64,000 bases of DNA. It comes from an uncultured Chloroflexia bacterium (GTDB taxonomy: Bacteria; Chloroflexota; Limnocylindria; Limnocylindrales; CSP1-4). A program made the translations under genes and the position numbers. This document shows positions 30,132 to 39,465 of this stretch, piece by piece. How positions within the stretch are numbered: the first letter of the stretch is position 1; every line of letters begins with the position of its first letter. The notes beneath the pieces are model-generated. The model ran no database searches and had not been told where the DNA came from. It saw only the letters and a program-made list of their open reading frames with translations. Location of the stretch: assembly GCA_963752475.1 (NCBI GenBank), contig CAVVYR010000029.1, positions 178,689 to 242,688 of the forward strand. The letters are read 5' to 3'.

Positions 30132-30970
30132 CCGAACGAGCTGTCCGAGCGGGCCCGTGCAGCAAGGCCCTGGCCACCCTCGGGCCGGCCACGAAGCGCC
30201 TCACGCACCTCGGTGACGAGCTCGTAGTAGCGATCCTCCTCGCGCGTCTGGTCGTCGCGCGGGTAGGGCAGGTCGATGTCGATGGTCTCGGCGATGCGCC
30301 CGGGGCGCGGGCTCATGACCACCACGCGGGAGGAGAGGAAGACGGCCTCGGGGATGGAGTGCGTGACGAAGATGATGGTCGTGCCGGTCTCGCTCCAGAT
30401 GTCGAGCAGCTCCGAGTTGAGCCGTTCACGTGTCATCTCGTCGAGGGCGCCAAAGGGCTCGTCCATGAGCAGGATCGACGGCTGCAGCGCCAGCGCACGG
30501 GCGATGGCCACACGCTGCTGCATACCGCCTGAAAGCTGATGCGGGTAGTGCTTGGCGAATCCGCCCAGCTCGACGAGCTCGAGCTTCTCGTTCACCAGCG
30601 CCTGGCGCTTGTCCCTGGGGTAGCCGGTGACCTCCAGCGGGAGCCGGACGTTGGCTTCGACCGTGCGCCAGTCGAAGAGCACCGGGGCCTGGAAGACCAT
30701 GCCGTACTCACGATCGAGCCGCGCCTGGTGGGCGGGCTTGCCGTTGACCTCGACCGTTCCCGCAGTCGGGGAGATGAGGTCGCCGACGGCGCGCAGCAGC
30801 GTGGACTTACCACAGCCCGAGGGGCCGATGAGGGAGATGAACTCGCGCTGCCCGACCTCGAAGTCGATGTCCGTGAGGGCGACGGTGGGCTCGCCGTCCT
30901 TGACGGGGAAGACCTTCTCGACACCGGCCAGGCGGACGGCGGGTGTGGCTGCTTGCTCCATGGACGTCAT
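30128..30970 (-). CDS. ABC transporter ATP-binding protein (SsuB/TauB-like)
   Basis: [36 protein letters not shown]. Confidence 0.93.
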   Translation of the reverse strand: MTSMEQAATPAVRLAGVEKVFPVKDGEPTVALTDIDFEVGQREFISLIGPSGCGKSTLLRAVGDLISPTAGTVEVNGKPAHQARLDREYGMVFQAPVLFDWRTVEANVRLPLEVTGYPRDKRQALVNEKLELVELGGFAKHYPHQLSGGMQQRVAIARALALQPSILLMDEPFGALDEMTRERLNSELLDIWSETGTTIIFVTHSIPEAVFLSSRVVVMSPRPGRIAETIDIDLPYPRDDQTREEDRYYELVTEVREALRGRPEGGQGLAARARSDSSFG

Positions 30971-32133
30971 GCTCCCTTGGCCGACGACGAGCCGGCCTGG
31001 CCGCCCGGCGAGCCTGATGTTCGCTGGCGGGTGCTGAGGACCTCCGCGATGCGGACCATCACGAAGAAGAGGATGCCCGTGAGGGCGGCGATGAGGATGG
31101 TGGCCCACAGCTTCTCGGGGCCGGTGATGTACTGCTGGTTGAAGTTGATGATGGCGCGGCCGAGCCCGTCCTTCACCCCGCCCGGGCCCTCACCGATGAT
31201 GGCGCCGACGAGTGCCGCCGCGGCGGCCACCTTGAGCGCCGTGAAGAGGTAGGGCACCGAGGCCGGCAGGCGCACCTTGCGGTAGATCGCCCACTTGCTG
31301 GCCGCGAACGAGCGCATCAGCTCGAGCGAACGTGGATCGGGTGAACGCAGGCCACGGGCCTGGGCCACGGTCACCGGGAAGAACGTGAGGTAGACGGCGA
31401 TGAAGATGACCGCCGACTGTCCGCGTCCGAGGGCCGCCGCGATGATCGGCGCGAGGGCCACGATGGGGATGGCCTGGCTGGCGATGACGTAGGGCATGAG
31501 GCCGCGCTCGGCCAGGCTGGAGTGGACGAAGACCGAGGCCAGCACGACACCGACCAACGCACCGATGGCGAAACCGATGACGGCGCTGCGCCAAGTCGCG
31601 AAGGCGGCGCCCACGAGATAGACGAAGAGCGAGTCGTCCTGGTTCCGCTGCACCGGCTCGACCAGCGCATAGAGGATGTCCCACTGGTGCGGCAGCTGCA
31701 GGTCGCTGGCCTGGAGCAGGTAGAAGGGCGGCTCGTGGAAGTAGTCCCAGCCCGTACCGAGCACGTTCTCGAATCGCCAGGGGTCCCCGAAGAGCCACTT
31801 GAAGCCTTCCCATGCGAGGAAGACGAGGCCGAAGAAGACGACGAAGGCGAGGATCGTGCGCGCGAGCCGACCGGCCGGCGAAGACCAGCGACCGACGACC
31901 GCCTCGGCTCCGCCGCTGGAGCTCTGGGCGATGTCATCGGCGACGCCGGCGACGCCGAGCGCCTCCTCGATGGCCTCGGCTCGCTCGAGGTCATCGGGCT
32001 CGGGTACCCAGTACGCGGACGTGTTCGGGCCGAGGGCACGGTAGGGCATCGGCTTGCGCCGTTCGTCGGTCGCCTGCTCCTGGTCTCGGGCTGCCTCCTC
32101 GGGCGTGCCCTGGACCTCGCCCTCGTCGCTCAT
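30967..32133 (-). CDS. ABC transporter permease (SsuC/TauC-like)
   Basis: SQAIPIVALAP, FFPVTV, RLPASVPYLF, GAIIGE. Confidence 0.9.
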   Translation of the reverse strand: MSDEGEVQGTPEEAARDQEQATDERRKPMPYRALGPNTSAYWVPEPDDLERAEAIEEALGVAGVADDIAQSSSGGAEAVVGRWSSPAGRLARTILAFVVFFGLVFLAWEGFKWLFGDPWRFENVLGTGWDYFHEPPFYLLQASDLQLPHQWDILYALVEPVQRNQDDSLFVYLVGAAFATWRSAVIGFAIGALVGVVLASVFVHSSLAERGLMPYVIASQAIPIVALAPIIAAALGRGQSAVIFIAVYLTFFPVTVAQARGLRSPDPRSLELMRSFAASKWAIYRKVRLPASVPYLFTALKVAAAAALVGAIIGEGPGGVKDGLGRAIINFNQQYITGPEKLWATILIAALTGILFFVMVRIAEVLSTRQRTSGSPGGQAGSSSAKGA

Positions 32134-32162
32134 ACCCTGCTGGTGCGTCGTCCCGTCGCGCG

Positions 32163-33497
32163 CTAGGAACGCACGCCCTTGTCAGCGAGGTCGAGTGCGC
32201 CGTCGATGATGTCGAAGCCCTCGGCCAGCTCCTCCTCGGTGATCGTCAGCGGCGGGTTCGTGTGGATCATGCCGAAGCGCAGGAAGGTGAAGAGGCCGTG
32301 CTCCTTGAGGTACCCGCCGACCGCCTTCATCTCGTCGCTGGTGCCGTTGTACGGCGCCATCGGCTCCCACGGATCGGTGCTGCGGACGAGCTCGATGATG
32401 CCGAACATGCCCTTGTTGCGGGTACGCCCGACCGAGGGGTGCTTCTCCGCGAGTCGCTCGTGGTGGCCGGCCATGACCTGGCCCATGCGCTTGGCACGAG
32501 CGATGAGGTCGTCCTGCTCGTAGACGTCGATGACTGCGAGGGCCGTGGCACAGGCCAGCGCGTGGCTGTTGTAGGTGAGTCCGGCGGGGAAGGGCTTGTC
32601 GCCCCACGTGTCGGCGACCTTCCGGCTCATGCCCAACGCGCCCAGTTGCACGTAGCTGGAGGTCAGGCCCTTGGCGATGGACATCAGGTCGGGCTCGACG
32701 CCCCAGTGGTCCACGGCGAACCACTCGCCGGTGCGCCCGAAGCCGCTCATGACCTCGTCGGCGATGAGCATGATGCCGTGCTGGGTGCAGAGGTCACGCA
32801 CGCCCTGCATGTAGCCGTCGGGCGGGATGAGGATGCCGTTGGTGCCGACGATGGGCTCCATGATGAAGCCGGCGATGTTCTGCGGGCCCTCGTACATGAT
32901 CACTTCTTCGAGCTCGCGCAGGGCCACGTCGGTGGGCTCGGGGTCCGGCCTACCCCACTTGTGGAAGTCGGGGGCGCGGACGATGCCGCTGACACCGATC
33001 TCGGCACCCCAGCGGCGGGGATCGCCGGTGGCCACGATGGTGGAGCCGACGGCACCGTGGTACGAGCGGTTGCGGGCCAGGATCTTCTGGCGACCGGTGT
33101 AGTGACGGGCGATCCTGATGGCGTTCTCGTTGGCCTCGGCACCACCGTTGGTGAAGAACCAGACGTCGAGGTCGCCGGGCGTGATCTGGGCCAGCTTGCG
33201 GCCCAGCTCCGCACGCGGCTCGGTGGCCGTGTACGGGTGGACGTAGCAGACCTTCTGAGCCTGGGCCGTGATGGCGTCGATGACGCGCTGGTCGCCGTGG
33301 CCGATGTTCACCGACATCAGCTGGCTGTTGAAGTCGAGGATGCGCTCGCCGTCGGGCGTGTACATGTAGCAGCCCTTGGCGTACTCGATCGGTACCGGCG
33401 CGACCGCGTCCTGCGGCACCCAGTCGAACATCGTGTGCTTCTTGGACAGCGCCGACATCTCGTCGGCGCTCATCAGCTTTCGGGTCTCCTCGACCAT
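32163..33497 (-). CDS. Class III PLP-dependent aminotransferase
   Basis: GAEANENA, SYHG, LIADEVMSGFGRTG, AKGLTS; GAGG RBS. Confidence 0.92.
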   Translation of the reverse strand: MVEETRKLMSADEMSALSKKHTMFDWVPQDAVAPVPIEYAKGCYMYTPDGERILDFNSQLMSVNIGHGDQRVIDAITAQAQKVCYVHPYTATEPRAELGRKLAQITPGDLDVWFFTNGGAEANENAIRIARHYTGRQKILARNRSYHGAVGSTIVATGDPRRWGAEIGVSGIVRAPDFHKWGRPDPEPTDVALRELEEVIMYEGPQNIAGFIMEPIVGTNGILIPPDGYMQGVRDLCTQHGIMLIADEVMSGFGRTGEWFAVDHWGVEPDLMSIAKGLTSSYVQLGALGMSRKVADTWGDKPFPAGLTYNSHALACATALAVIDVYEQDDLIARAKRMGQVMAGHHERLAEKHPSVGRTRNKGMFGIIELVRSTDPWEPMAPYNGTSDEMKAVGGYLKEHGLFTFLRFGMIHTNPPLTITEEELAEGFDIIDGALDLADKGVRS

Positions 33498-33724
33498 TCC
33501 TCACCTCGGTTCCACCGCGCGCGACCCTGGGCGGATCCGGGTCCCGTGGGATGTCGCAGCGTCGGTTCGTGCGCGGACTATGCCACGCGAGAGCCTCGAG
33601 CGGGCCTCGCATCGGGGGTTCTGGGCGGTCGCGTGGGCATCCGCGCCCGAGGCGTAACCGGGCGGCATCCACGGTGCGACCGAGGCTCCTCTGGCTCGTC
33701 GTGGGGAACGGCCTGGGCCAGACC

Positions 33725-34036
33725 CTAGGGCTCGGGCGACCACCAGACTGGGGGCTGCACGATGGTGACCTCGCGGGTGACCGTCCCCCAGCCCGGCCCG
33801 AGAGTCTCGGCCCGCCGCTCGTCAGCGGGTCCGCCCATCGCCGCGAGGGCGGCAACGACGAGAGTCACGAGGACGATCAGCACGACCAACAGGAGCAACG
33901 GCCGGCGGACCCTGATGCCTTCGTCTGCGTAGCCCATCAGGCGTGCCTGGTCGCGGTCGCGATCAGCGGACGCCAGCCGGTGTTCGACGACCTTCTCCAT
34001 GAGGCGTTGCCGCGAGTGCCGGTCGAACTGATCCAT
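33725..34036 (-). CDS. Hypothetical single-pass membrane protein
   Basis: ORF with one long hydrophobic segment; no recognised family. Confidence 0.5.
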   Translation of the reverse strand: MDQFDRHSRQRLMEKVVEHRLASADRDRDQARLMGYADEGIRVRRPLLLLVVLIVLVTLVVAALAAMGGPADERRAETLGPGWGTVTREVTIVQPPVWWSPEP

Positions 34037-34049
34037 CAAACCTGGCCCA

Positions 34050-34231
34050 TCAGGCGGCGGCCGTGGCGATCCCGAGTGCCGCTACCACCAGCAGGAAGCG
34101 CCAGCCGACCGGCTTGCGGCTAGGGTGAACCCGCGGTGCGCCTCGCTGGTGTCCGTGCGCTGTGGGCCGTCGAGCCAGAGCCGGCGACGGACTCGGTCCA
34201 CCCGACTCGTTCCGATCTCCTGTTCGGACAT
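34050..34231 (-). pseudogene. Possible frameshifted small membrane protein
   Basis: MSEQEIG... frame ends at 34082, but another frame gives PSRKPVGWRFLLVVAALGIATAAA* ending at 34050. Confidence 0.25.
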
Positions 34232-34370
34232 GGCGCCCCCTGTGCCCAGTCCCCGCGATCGTGGCCCGAGTGGATCGAAGAGCACAAGAGGCGATCGGCC
34301 TTATTGGCCCGGAGCGTCAAGGTCACGCCCATGGACTTGCACTTGGAGCACTCGCGCCGGGCCGACGCGG

Positions 34371-34754
34371 TCAGCCGACCAGCACGGACGGATCGTCCAG
34401 GATCACCTCCACGACCGGCGAGCCCGCGACGAAGGCCTCGACCTGACCGGGCCGGTTCCAGGCTTCGCACGCAGCCGTGGCCACGGCGCGCCGCTCGGCT
34501 TCGTCGGTCACCTCGAGCGCCGTGGCCGACAGGTCGACGCTGAGACCGCGCTTGAGGTGGAGCGTCATCCGCGGATCGGCTTTCAGGTTGGCCAGCCAGG
34601 CGCGCGTGCCGGGGGTGCCGGTGATATAGAGACGGTCGTCGACGTTGAAGAAGACGATCTCGATGCGCCGCGGTCGGCCCGATTTGCGGCCGGTGGTGGT
34701 TATGTCGATGATGCCGCCCTGCTGGAGGGCGGCGGCGATGGGATGGTCGGTCAT
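34371..34754 (-). CDS. Deazaflavin (F420)-dependent nitroreductase-family (FDOR/Ddn-like) protein
   Basis: ITTTGRKSGRPR and W.ANL.ADP motifs. Confidence 0.8.
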   Translation of the reverse strand: MTDHPIAAALQQGGIIDITTTGRKSGRPRRIEIVFFNVDDRLYITGTPGTRAWLANLKADPRMTLHLKRGLSVDLSATALEVTDEAERRAVATAACEAWNRPGQVEAFVAGSPVVEVILDDPSVLVG

Positions 34755-34851
34755 GGGAAGCCTCGTGCGGGAGAAGCGGAGGATACTGGGTGGGAGTATC
34801 CCGAGCAAGAGTCGTCGACGGCACGGACCGCGGCGCTGCTAGCATCCGGCG

Positions 34852-35550
34852 ATGCCCGACGACGAGCGCCGTGTCCCCTATCGCCCCGTGCGCATGGAGC
34901 CCGAGGAGATGGATGCGCGTGCCTCGACGTTCTACGAGGAGCTCGACGAGCGCCGCTCGGTACGCGCCTTCAGCCCGCATCCGGTGCCGCGGCGCCTCAT
35001 CGAGCTGGCCATCCAGACGGCTTCGACCGCACCCAGCGGTGCCCACCAACAGCCGTGGACGTTCGTGGCCGTGAGCGACCCTGAGACCCGACGGCGGATC
35101 CGCATCGCCGCCGAGGCCGAGGAACGCCGCGCCTACGAGTCACGCATGTCGGAGGAATGGCTCGACGCGTTGGCGCCGCTGGGCACCGACTGGCAGAAGC
35201 CATACCTCCAGGCCGCACCCTGGCTGGTAGTGCTCTTCGAGCAGGTCCACGGCACGTTCCCCGATGGCAGCCACAAGAAGCACTACTACGCGCGGGAGTC
35301 GGTGGGCATCGCCGCGGGCATGTTCATCGCAGCGGTCCACCACATGGGCCTGGCCACGCTGACCCACACGCCCAGCCCCATGGGCTTCCTGACCACGATC
35401 CTGGAGCGCCCCCGCAGCGAGCGGCCGTTCGTGCTCTTCCCCGTGGGCTATCCCGCGGAGGGCGCGACGGTGCCGGACCTGCGCCGCAAGCCGCTCGATC
35501 AGATCGCCGTCTTCGACCCTCCCCTCGCCGATCCCGACGAGGACGAGTAG
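34852..35550 (+). CDS. Nitroreductase family protein, iodotyrosine deiodinase-like
   Basis: RRSVRAFS, APSGAHQQPW, EE...Y..RM..EW...L.PLGTDW.KPYL, ESVGIA, LTHTPSPM. Confidence 0.85.
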   Translation: MPDDERRVPYRPVRMEPEEMDARASTFYEELDERRSVRAFSPHPVPRRLIELAIQTASTAPSGAHQQPWTFVAVSDPETRRRIRIAAEAEERRAYESRMSEEWLDALAPLGTDWQKPYLQAAPWLVVLFEQVHGTFPDGSHKKHYYARESVGIAAGMFIAAVHHMGLATLTHTPSPMGFLTTILERPRSERPFVLFPVGYPAEGATVPDLRRKPLDQIAVFDPPLADPDEDE

Positions 35551-35580
35551 GCCGCAGGCGCCTGAGTCAGTCGGAAGCGG

Positions 35581-35760
35581 GTGCCCCATCCTGCCCAGCC
35601 TACGTTGACGCTCGGGGGCTTCGTCGTGGTGCTATCCCAGCGTCAGGCGAGTCTCAGCTGGGCCAAACGACGCTTGGCGGACCAGTCGATGCTCGGTGGG
35701 ATGGCTGGACGCTGGCGACGTGGCTTCGAGCGTCAGCCTAGGCCCCATGGGATGAGGCGC
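35581..35760 (+). other. ~180-nt rod-like hairpin in a convergent intergenic region (REP/MITE-like or ncRNA)
   Basis: Imperfect 37-nt arms 35581-35617 / 35724-35760 with nested inner stems; several G-U pairs on the + strand. Confidence 0.5.
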
Positions 35761-35878
35761 AAACCACAGGTGCGATCCGCACCCGAGTGAGCGAGCACGA
35801 ACAGCGGGTGGGTGCGAACACGGACAGCGGGTGCGAGCAGTCCGACCCGAGCGAGTCGGACCGAGCGCACGAGTGGTG

Positions 35879-36724
35879 CTATTCGGCGGCGGTCTCTTCC
35901 TCGAGCTCTCGACCGAGCTCCTCGGTGCGCCGGTAGGCTGCGAACACGGCTTCCGAGAGCACCGTCCGCAGCCGGCCCCGCTCCATCTCGGCGATGGCGG
36001 CGGCGGACGTGCCCGCGGGCGAGGTGACCATGTTGCGCAGGTACGCGGGGTGGTCGCCGCTCTCCTTCGCCAGCAGCGTGCCGCCCAGCAGGGTCTCGAT
36101 GACGAGGTCGTGGGCGATGTGGCGCGGGAAGCCCAGGTGCACGGCGGCATCGATGAGCGACTCCATGACCATGAACACGTAGGCCGGACCGGTGCCGCTG
36201 ACCGCGGTCGACATCGAGACGTACTTCTCGTCCTCGACGTAGATCTCCGCCCCCAGGCTCGTGAGCAGCGCCGCGGCCTGCTGGCGCTGGAGCTCGGTGA
36301 CCTGCTCGGTCGCGCACCACACGGTCATGCCCTTGCCCAGCTGGGCCGGCGTGTTGGGCATCGTGCGCACGATCGCATCGTGGCGCAGGGCGTTGCCGAG
36401 GGCCTTGCTGGTGGAGCCGGCGAGGATGGAGATGACCAGCTGGTCAGGGGCCAGCACGCTCGAGAGCTCCCGGCCCACCTTGAGCAGCATCTGCGGCTTG
36501 ATCGCGAGCACGACGAGGTCGGCACCATCGACGGCCTCGGCGTTCGAGCCGGTGGTGCGGATGCCGTACTTGGCCTCGACGGCCTCACGACGCTCGACAC
36601 GCGGATCGCTGGCGATGACCTGTTCGGCCGCGACGTGCCCGCCCGAGAGCAGGCCCGCGATCATGGCTTCGGCCATCGCGCCGGTACCGACGATCGCGAT
36701 GGTCGCTTCCTTCAGAGGTGACAC
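35879..36724 (-). CDS. proC: Pyrroline-5-carboxylate reductase
   Basis: G.GAMA, LAIKPQ, RTMPNTP, SGTGPAY, VTSPAGTS; TATACT 7 nt before GTG. Confidence 0.95.
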   Translation of the reverse strand: MSPLKEATIAIVGTGAMAEAMIAGLLSGGHVAAEQVIASDPRVERREAVEAKYGIRTTGSNAEAVDGADLVVLAIKPQMLLKVGRELSSVLAPDQLVISILAGSTSKALGNALRHDAIVRTMPNTPAQLGKGMTVWCATEQVTELQRQQAAALLTSLGAEIYVEDEKYVSMSTAVSGTGPAYVFMVMESLIDAAVHLGFPRHIAHDLVIETLLGGTLLAKESGDHPAYLRNMVTSPAGTSAAAIAEMERGRLRTVLSEAVFAAYRRTEELGRELEEETAAE

Positions 36725-36751
36725 GCTCGCGAGTATAGGCGGCGTGGCTCG

Positions 36752-37672
36752 CTACGGAGCGGGCGCCAGCGCCTCGACCGTGGCCATCTCACCACCGTCG
36801 CCGGCGCTCAGCGGCAGGATGGCCACGTGCTCAGCACCGGCGGCGTGGAACTCGGCGATGCGCTGTCGCACCTGTTCGGCCGAGCCCCAGGCCACCAGCG
36901 AGTCCACGAGCCGATCCGAGTACGGCGGCTCCCAGTCCTCGGGACCGAAGCCCTGGGCGGCGAGGCTGCGCTGGTAGTTCTCGGCACGGGCATAGGGCCG
37001 CATCCAGGTGCGGGCGGCGGCGCGAGCGGCCTCCTCCTCCCCGACGCACGCAGCGAGGGCCGTGGCGATGATCGGACGCGGCCGATCCGCGGGAGCGGCA
37101 CCATCGAGCACCCCGCGCATGTGGGCGATGCGCTCGGCGCTGACGAAGAACGGCAGGGTGCCGTCGGTGGCGGTGGCGGCCAGCTCCAGCATCTTCGGCC
37201 CCAGCGCCGCGATGAGCACCGGCGGTTCGGCAACCTCGCCATCGGGTCGTTCGACCACCGGCCCGCGGTAGGGCAGTCGTCCGTAGGCCTCGAGGTACTC
37301 GCGCATGCGCGTGAGCGGCTTGTCGTAGGCATGGCCGCGCAGCTTCTGCACGAGGTGCTGGTGGGACACGCCAAGGCCAAGGGCGAAGCGGCCGCCGGTC
37401 AGCTCAGCGAGCGTCATCGCCCCCATGCGCGAGGCCATGGCGTCACGCCCGAAGATGTTGACGATGCTCGTGCCCAGTGCCATGGAGCCTGTGACATCGG
37501 CGACAGCGGCAAGCTGCGCGAAGGGATCGCGGCCGGCGCCCTCGCCGACCCAGAGCGTGCCGTAGCCCAGCTCGGCGACGCGGGCTACCGCAGGTCGGAG
37601 GTCAGCCGCGGGGATGTCAGAGACGAGGCCCCAGATACCGAGGGGGCCGAGAAGTGTTCGCGTGTCGGTCAT
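36752..37672 (-). CDS. LLM-class (probably F420-dependent) oxidoreductase
   Basis: ELGYGTLW, GRFALGLGVSH, KPLTRMREYL, AALGPKMLELA, AGAEHV. Confidence 0.85.
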   Translation of the reverse strand: MTDTRTLLGPLGIWGLVSDIPAADLRPAVARVAELGYGTLWVGEGAGRDPFAQLAAVADVTGSMALGTSIVNIFGRDAMASRMGAMTLAELTGGRFALGLGVSHQHLVQKLRGHAYDKPLTRMREYLEAYGRLPYRGPVVERPDGEVAEPPVLIAALGPKMLELAATATDGTLPFFVSAERIAHMRGVLDGAAPADRPRPIIATALAACVGEEEAARAAARTWMRPYARAENYQRSLAAQGFGPEDWEPPYSDRLVDSLVAWGSAEQVRQRIAEFHAAGAEHVAILPLSAGDGGEMATVEALAPAP

Positions 37673-37682
37673 GTCCCTGATT

Positions 37683-38474
37683 CTAGGACGGCGCGATGGC
37701 CTCACCGAAGACGAACGCACGCTGCGTGCTGCCGACCTCCACCGGCCCGAAGCCCTGGGCCACGACGTGGCCGCCGAGCGCCTCCGCATCCCAGCTCGTG
37801 AGCTTTCCGGACGGGCCGTCAAGGACAGTTGACCCCTGCGCCTCCACGAACACGAACGAGCCACCCGGCCGCAGCCAGGACACGACCCGCTGCAGACGCC
37901 GGTCGACCTCGTCGGGTGAGCCGGCCGAGCCAAGCAGATAGGCCGCGAAGACGACGTCGACCTCCTTGTCGGCCCGGGCCAATGGGTCCCGCTCGTGCAG
38001 GTGGGCGAGCAGGCCGTGGGCCATCAGTCGGCTACGTGCGGCATCGAGGGAGGCGCCGTCGGAGTCGTAGACCCAGAGCTCGCCCTTCTCGGCCAGCAGG
38101 GCCGTCCACCAGCCCATGCCGGCACCGAGCTCGACCAGCGTGCCGGCAAGGTTCAGGCCGTCGATCCAGCGGGTGACCTCGTCGAGCTCCATGGTCCACG
38201 GACCGTCATGGATAGGACCGCGGGCATGACGGCCGCGCCGCAGATACCAGTCCTCCCAGTCACCCGCTGCCCCGTCATCCCCGGACGCCACGGCCTCGGC
38301 TGCCGCGGCACGATCTCGCAGCGCGGTACGCACGCGGCCACGCAGGAACCCGTTGTCGTCGGCCTTGGCCAGGCAGTCGGGGCAGAGGGCGGCCCAACCT
38401 TCGAGATCGTCGTCGGAGCGCGTCCCCCACGTCTTGCCGCACCAGAGACAGTCGAAGCGCCGTCGGAAGGGCAT
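37683..38474 (-). CDS. Class I SAM-dependent methyltransferase with N-terminal CxxC..CxxC domain
   Basis: CLWC and CPDC pairs; VELGAGMG motif I; LRPGG.FVF. Confidence 0.75.
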   Translation of the reverse strand: MPFRRRFDCLWCGKTWGTRSDDDLEGWAALCPDCLAKADDNGFLRGRVRTALRDRAAAAEAVASGDDGAAGDWEDWYLRRGRHARGPIHDGPWTMELDEVTRWIDGLNLAGTLVELGAGMGWWTALLAEKGELWVYDSDGASLDAARSRLMAHGLLAHLHERDPLARADKEVDVVFAAYLLGSAGSPDEVDRRLQRVVSWLRPGGSFVFVEAQGSTVLDGPSGKLTSWDAEALGGHVVAQGFGPVEVGSTQRAFVFGEAIAPS

Positions 38475-38486
38475 GGCCCTAGTGTC

Positions 38487-39386
38487 TCAGGAAGAAGAAG
38501 CCGTCTCGTCGGACAGGTATCCGCCGGCCAGGCCGATGGGCGCCAGCGGGCGCCAGGCCTCGATCGGTCCGGCACCGGCGAAGACCTCCGGATAGCAGAG
38601 CTCGGCTAGCACGGCGATGCCCTCGACCACCCGCGGCCCCGGCCGCACGAAGAGGCCGCGGCCGTCGACCGCGAAGAACTCGCCATCCCGCACGGCGAGC
38701 AGCTCGTCGAACCACGGCGGCAGGTCGGCTGATCCGAGAGCGGCCTCAGCGCCCGCGGCATCGGTGTCGCGGAGCGCGAGCACCAGGACCTGCGGCTCGA
38801 CCTCACGCACCTGCTCCCAGGTCGTCCGCGCTGATGGCTCTCCTTCTCGACCCAGCAGCTCCCAGCCACCGGCACGGCGGACCATCTCAGGCACCCAGCC
38901 ACCCGCGGCCAGCAGCGGGTCGAGGCTCTCGATGATGACCACGCGCCGGGTCTCCGGTCCGTAGCCCAGACCGACCGAACCGAGGCGCTCGCGCAGCATC
39001 TCGACCAGGCCCACGGCCTCGAACTCCGACTCCGTGTAGGCACCCACGGTCGAGATGCTGTTGAGGATGCCCTCGACGGTGTGCGGTGCCAGGGCCACCA
39101 GCGTGGTCTCGCGGGACATGCTGCCGACGAGGTCGCTGATCTCGGCGTAGTCGACGACCGCATGATCCTCGGAGCCGTCGGCGAGCACCAGGTCCGGCTC
39201 GAGCTTGGCCAGCAACGCGGCGTCCACCCGGCGCTGGGGCGCATCGGGGTCATCGACGGTCACGACCGGCACGTCGAGCGCCTCGGCCGGATGGTCGCAG
39301 CAGTGGGTGCGACCGACGAGATCCTCGCCCAGACCCAGGGCGAAGACGATCTCGGTGGCGGATGGCGTGAGGGAGACGATACGCAT
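38487..39386 (-). CDS. BtuF/FepB-like periplasmic-binding-fold protein without signal peptide
   Basis: MRIVSLTPSATEI..ALG, GRTH.CD.P, G.WVPEM, RPGPR. Confidence 0.8.
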   Translation of the reverse strand: MRIVSLTPSATEIVFALGLGEDLVGRTHCCDHPAEALDVPVVTVDDPDAPQRRVDAALLAKLEPDLVLADGSEDHAVVDYAEISDLVGSMSRETTLVALAPHTVEGILNSISTVGAYTESEFEAVGLVEMLRERLGSVGLGYGPETRRVVIIESLDPLLAAGGWVPEMVRRAGGWELLGREGEPSARTTWEQVREVEPQVLVLALRDTDAAGAEAALGSADLPPWFDELLAVRDGEFFAVDGRGLFVRPGPRVVEGIAVLAELCYPEVFAGAGPIEAWRPLAPIGLAGGYLSDETASSS

Positions 39387-39465
39387 GGCACGTCATCGTC
39401 CCACCTCTCGTCGCACCTGTCCGGGGAGGGCCCAGAGCCGGCCGCTTGTGCAGTAGGCTGCAAGC

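Noticed and set aside
33591-33689. Nested stems upstream of the aminotransferase as a riboswitch
   Set aside because: They lie upstream of the likely -10 box (33577-33582) and match no aptamer I recognise; GC-rich pairing may be incidental
35581-35760. 6S RNA call for the 180-nt rod
   Set aside because: Length fits, but no large central bubble or clear promoter is visible; kept only as an unassigned structure
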